This document shows, piece by piece, positions 60,903 to 64,000 of a stretch of 64,000 nt of DNA. The notes under the pieces were generated by a model. That model worked only from the letters and a program-made list of their open reading frames with translations. It did no database searches and was not told the DNA's origin. Origin of the DNA: Guillardia theta CCMP2712 (Eukaryota > Protista > Cryptophyta); contig NW_005434668.1 of assembly GCF_000315625.1 (NCBI RefSeq), forward strand, positions 1,034,981 through 1,098,980, given 5' to 3'. The position numbers and the translations under genes are program-made. The first letter of the stretch is position 1. Each line of letters begins with the position of its first letter.

Positions 60903-62807
60903 ATGCCGGCGACAGAGAGTCGTGAGTGACGATGCTGAAGGCTGCTGAAGTTGTGCGATGGTTGATAACAAGAAGAGATCGAGAGATCTTGTAGATTGTG
61001 TTCATGCTGGCTTGTTCTCTTTCACTTGCCGTGTTGATTTTCTGTTGTGAGATGGATCATATTCATGGGAGGCTCGTTATCCCCTGGGTTCTGATGTGTA
61101 TGCAAGGTGAGTTGGATTGGGTTGGTCAAGTTGTTCAACGGCGAGGAAGCGACATTCACTACCTGTCCTTCAAGCTTGGTGGAGTTCTTTACTCCGTTGG
61201 TGGTGAGAAATGCATGGTTGCCATGGTTCTTTCTTGACAGAACCTACGCAGAGAAAGCAACGTTCTGGTGCGAGGGCGTCAAGAATGTGGAAGATTTGCC
61301 CGTAGGAAGGATTGACAGCATATGGGAAAACACGGATGACGATAGTGCTTGGATTGAGGTCACTTGGTACGACTTTATTTCCTCGTCTGCTTTCCTTCAA
61401 ACCTTCACTTGTTTGACTTGCCCTGCTCGTACAGGTTTTACCGCCCGGCCGACTTGCATTGCGGGAAACTGGAATGCCACGGAAAGTTTGAGTTGTTTGA
61501 GGGAAACAGCAGCGATGAGATTCAGATAAACTCGGTGAGTATTCGTGCGATGGTTTGTGGCGACAGTTAACTTGTCACAGGTCCGAAACAAAGTTCTAGT
61601 CTTCACACATCAAGAGTATCTACAGCTTCCTGCCGCGGAGCAGGAGAATGGAACCAACTTTTTCTGCCGGTGATGTCTCATCCAGCATGTGATCTACCTT
61701 GTTTGACGGAAACAAAGGTATCACTACGACTTGTCGAGAAAATCGTTTATGCCTGTGCTGGACTCGCTTGTCAAGGTTTTTGAGCACAACATCCCGCATG
61801 CATGTTTTGACACGTTGCGTTAGAAAAGGAGAGGAAACACACTTACAAAGGACAAGTCGACAAAAGACAGATTGCTCGCTTTCTCCCACAACAATGACAT
61901 GAGCAATGCACTAGTAGAGACATGCGGTACATGATGATATAATGGCGCATGCTGAGTTGTAGTTGTAACGGTTCGTTAGCAGCACCCGAAACAGCTCCTC
62001 TCCAAGAGAAAGACACTGTGAGCTTTTGCCTGTGATGTTTGTCTTCATTTTCTGTTTTCTTGTCTTCTCTTCATGTTTCGTTCTGCAGTTGACTTGTCCT
62101 TGTGCTTTACAGTGCAAGTTCGCCCGAGCGGATGAAGCGCTTCAGTTGTCGACTACTCCATCGTCTCTGCCCTGCCGGTCAAGTGAGGAGGACAGAGGGA
62201 GCAGTGCTGACGTGTGACGTAGAGAGGGAGAGCACGAAGAGATCAAGGAGGTTCTGCGGGACGCGATCGCTCGAGGGAAGTCGGGTGGATGTATATACAT
62301 ATCAGGTGGGCTGGACTGACAGTGGTGACTCTGATTGTGGGTACGACGGTTTCGATGTTGGAGAACGATTGTTGTGAAGACGATGTTTGTTGTGAAGACT
62401 GTGGGAATGTTGTGGTGAAGTTGCCAGAATGATCTCATGCTTGTTGGTCTTGAGCGCTTGATTTCAATTTGATACCCTTCTTGTGCTTGACTTGTTGTGC
62501 ATTATACTTGTGTTTTCAATGACGAGTCTTCTAGGAGTTCCAGGGACAGGAAAGACAGCAAGTGTGCATGCAGTGATCAAGGACATGAAAGCTGAATCTG
62601 ACAAGGGGGTCAGCAGTTCGACATGGTCTGATGCGACCTTGTGATCTCCTTTCCTCCAGTCTCTTGAACCCTTCATCTACATCGAGATCAACGGGCAACG
62701 ACTCCCCAAGCCCAACGTGTTGTACTCCGTACTCTTGCAGGTTCGGAGAAAAACTGATCGGAGACTGTGGAAAGAATGATGATTGAAATGATTTTCTTGG
62801 AGATAGT

Positions 62808-62838
<31 letters not shown>

Positions 62839-63086
62839 ATTATGATGATGAAAAATGCGATGACGACAATAACGATCATTCTACTTTTCTTTCACAGGGG
62901 TTGACAGGGAAGAAGACAGATCCTGTTCAAGCAGCGATCTCTCTTGATTCTTATTTCGGTTCTCGCTCGGGCCTGCGCCGACCAGTCTGGTAAAGAGAGG
63001 AAAAGAAGGAGAAAAGCGTCTTGATGCTTTCGGTTTTAGCGTCTTGCTCGTGGATGAGCTCGATTATCTCATCACAAGAAAGCAGG

Positions 63087-63125
<39 letters not shown>

Positions 63126-64000
63126 CCTTGCTTGTTCACTTCATCAATGATGTGCGAACAGACTGTCCTCTATAATCTCTTCGAGTGGCCGACGCGCAAG
63201 CACGCAAGGTTGATCGTTTTAGGAGGTGAGGAAGAGGAGGAGGACGAAAAGGAGGAGGAGGAGGAGGAGGTGGTGGTGGTGGTGGTGGTGGAGGAGGAGG
63301 AGGAGAGGTCCTCTCTGCTCACTCTACACCTGTCAGTTGCCAACACCATGGATCTGCCGGAGAGAATGCTTCCTCGAGTGTGCAGTCGTCTAGGTTGATC
63401 CCCAAGGATCGTTTGCTGTAGATGACGTCACGCCAGGCCTTCGTCGCATCACTTTTGCTCCTTACAACCATCAGCAGCTCCAGGTCCCCTCCTCAGCTCG
63501 ATTTTCTTCCTGCTCCTCACTTCTTCATGCAGGAGATCATCTCGTCTCGTCTCGCTGATCTGGAGGCCTTCGACGCCAAGGCTGTGGAGTTGTGCTCTCG
63601 CAAGGTGGCAAAGGATGAAGGAGGGAGGAGGGGGAGGCAGGAGGGGAGTGCGGGGAGGATGGCGACGGCAGGAGAGCGGAAGAACAGTTGAGCAGCCAGC
63701 TGACGTTGCATTATTAGGTTGCTGCTGTCTCGGGTGATGTCCGCAAGGCACTGCAACTCTGCCGGTAGGAAGGAAGGAAGGAATGAGGAGGAGGAGGAGG
63801 AGGAGGAGGAGGAGGAGGAGGAGGAGGAGGAGGAGGAGGAGGAGGAGGAGGAGGAGGAGGAGGAGGAGGAGGAGGAGGAGTTGCGATTTACTGGAGGTCA
63901 GATATGCATGCGAGCTCGCCAGGCAAGACAAGTCAGACTTTGTCTCCCTCAAGCACATCGAGGTCTTGATTTGTATTCAAACTTCCTTCTTCCTCCCCTC
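60903..64000 (+). CDS. ORC1: Origin recognition complex subunit 1 (BAH + AAA+), truncated by the window end
   Basis: BAH: VGRIDSIWE..IEVTW|FYRPAD..FELF; AAA+: SLPCR|ERE, CIYIS|GVPGTGKTA, IEING, LLVDELDYL, LYNLFEWP, ANTMDLPERMLPRVCSRLG, SGDVRKALQLCR. Confidence 0.95.
63785..63880. repeat. (GAG)n microsatellite, about 32 units, in an ORC1 intron
   Basis: Directly visible; a similar tract lies at 51730-51772. Confidence 0.95.

Noticed and set aside
60309-60948. 206/207-aa ORFs with SVYQSISL repeats
   Set aside because: Artefact of an octamer array that has no stop codons on this strand

Overview
Gene-dense, intron-rich eukaryotic nuclear DNA. Introns are very short (about 40-55 nt; GT-AG, occasionally GC-AG), many are expanded by microsatellites, and some proteins carry signal peptide + 'A-F' bipartite plastid leaders. 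This points to a cryptophyte alga (Guillardia theta-like; inference). The ORF track is fragmented by introns, so I spliced genes by eye; exon boundaries are manual predictions. About 21 genes are supported. Recognisable housekeeping genes: RPN11, DUR3 urea transporter, VPS13, SFSWAP and ORC1 (running off the right end). Other family assignments: a plastid-targeted CCR4/nocturnin-type EEP phosphatase, a p25alpha-like repeat protein, a signal-peptide p23/CS protein, a Tim21/Coa1-like protein, a prominin/tweety-like protein, a TRIC/TMEM38 channel, a GT54-like glycosyltransferase, an FG-GAP propeller, a multi-PDZ protein and a TMEM181/Wntless-lipase fusion. The rest are orphans. Best leads: (1) VPS13 continues through short in-frame exons into a C-terminal PX domain that the ORF track misses; (2) a Wntless/TMEM181-like membrane domain is fused to a class-3 lipase; (3) a TRIC channel is hidden in small exons; (4) the GT54 fold is split by two Cys modules; (5) a small plastid protein carries a duplicated GFxWIPV motif; (6) two distinct sequence classes mark the 5' intergenic regions. 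I recognised no rRNA, tRNA, CRISPR array or transposase.
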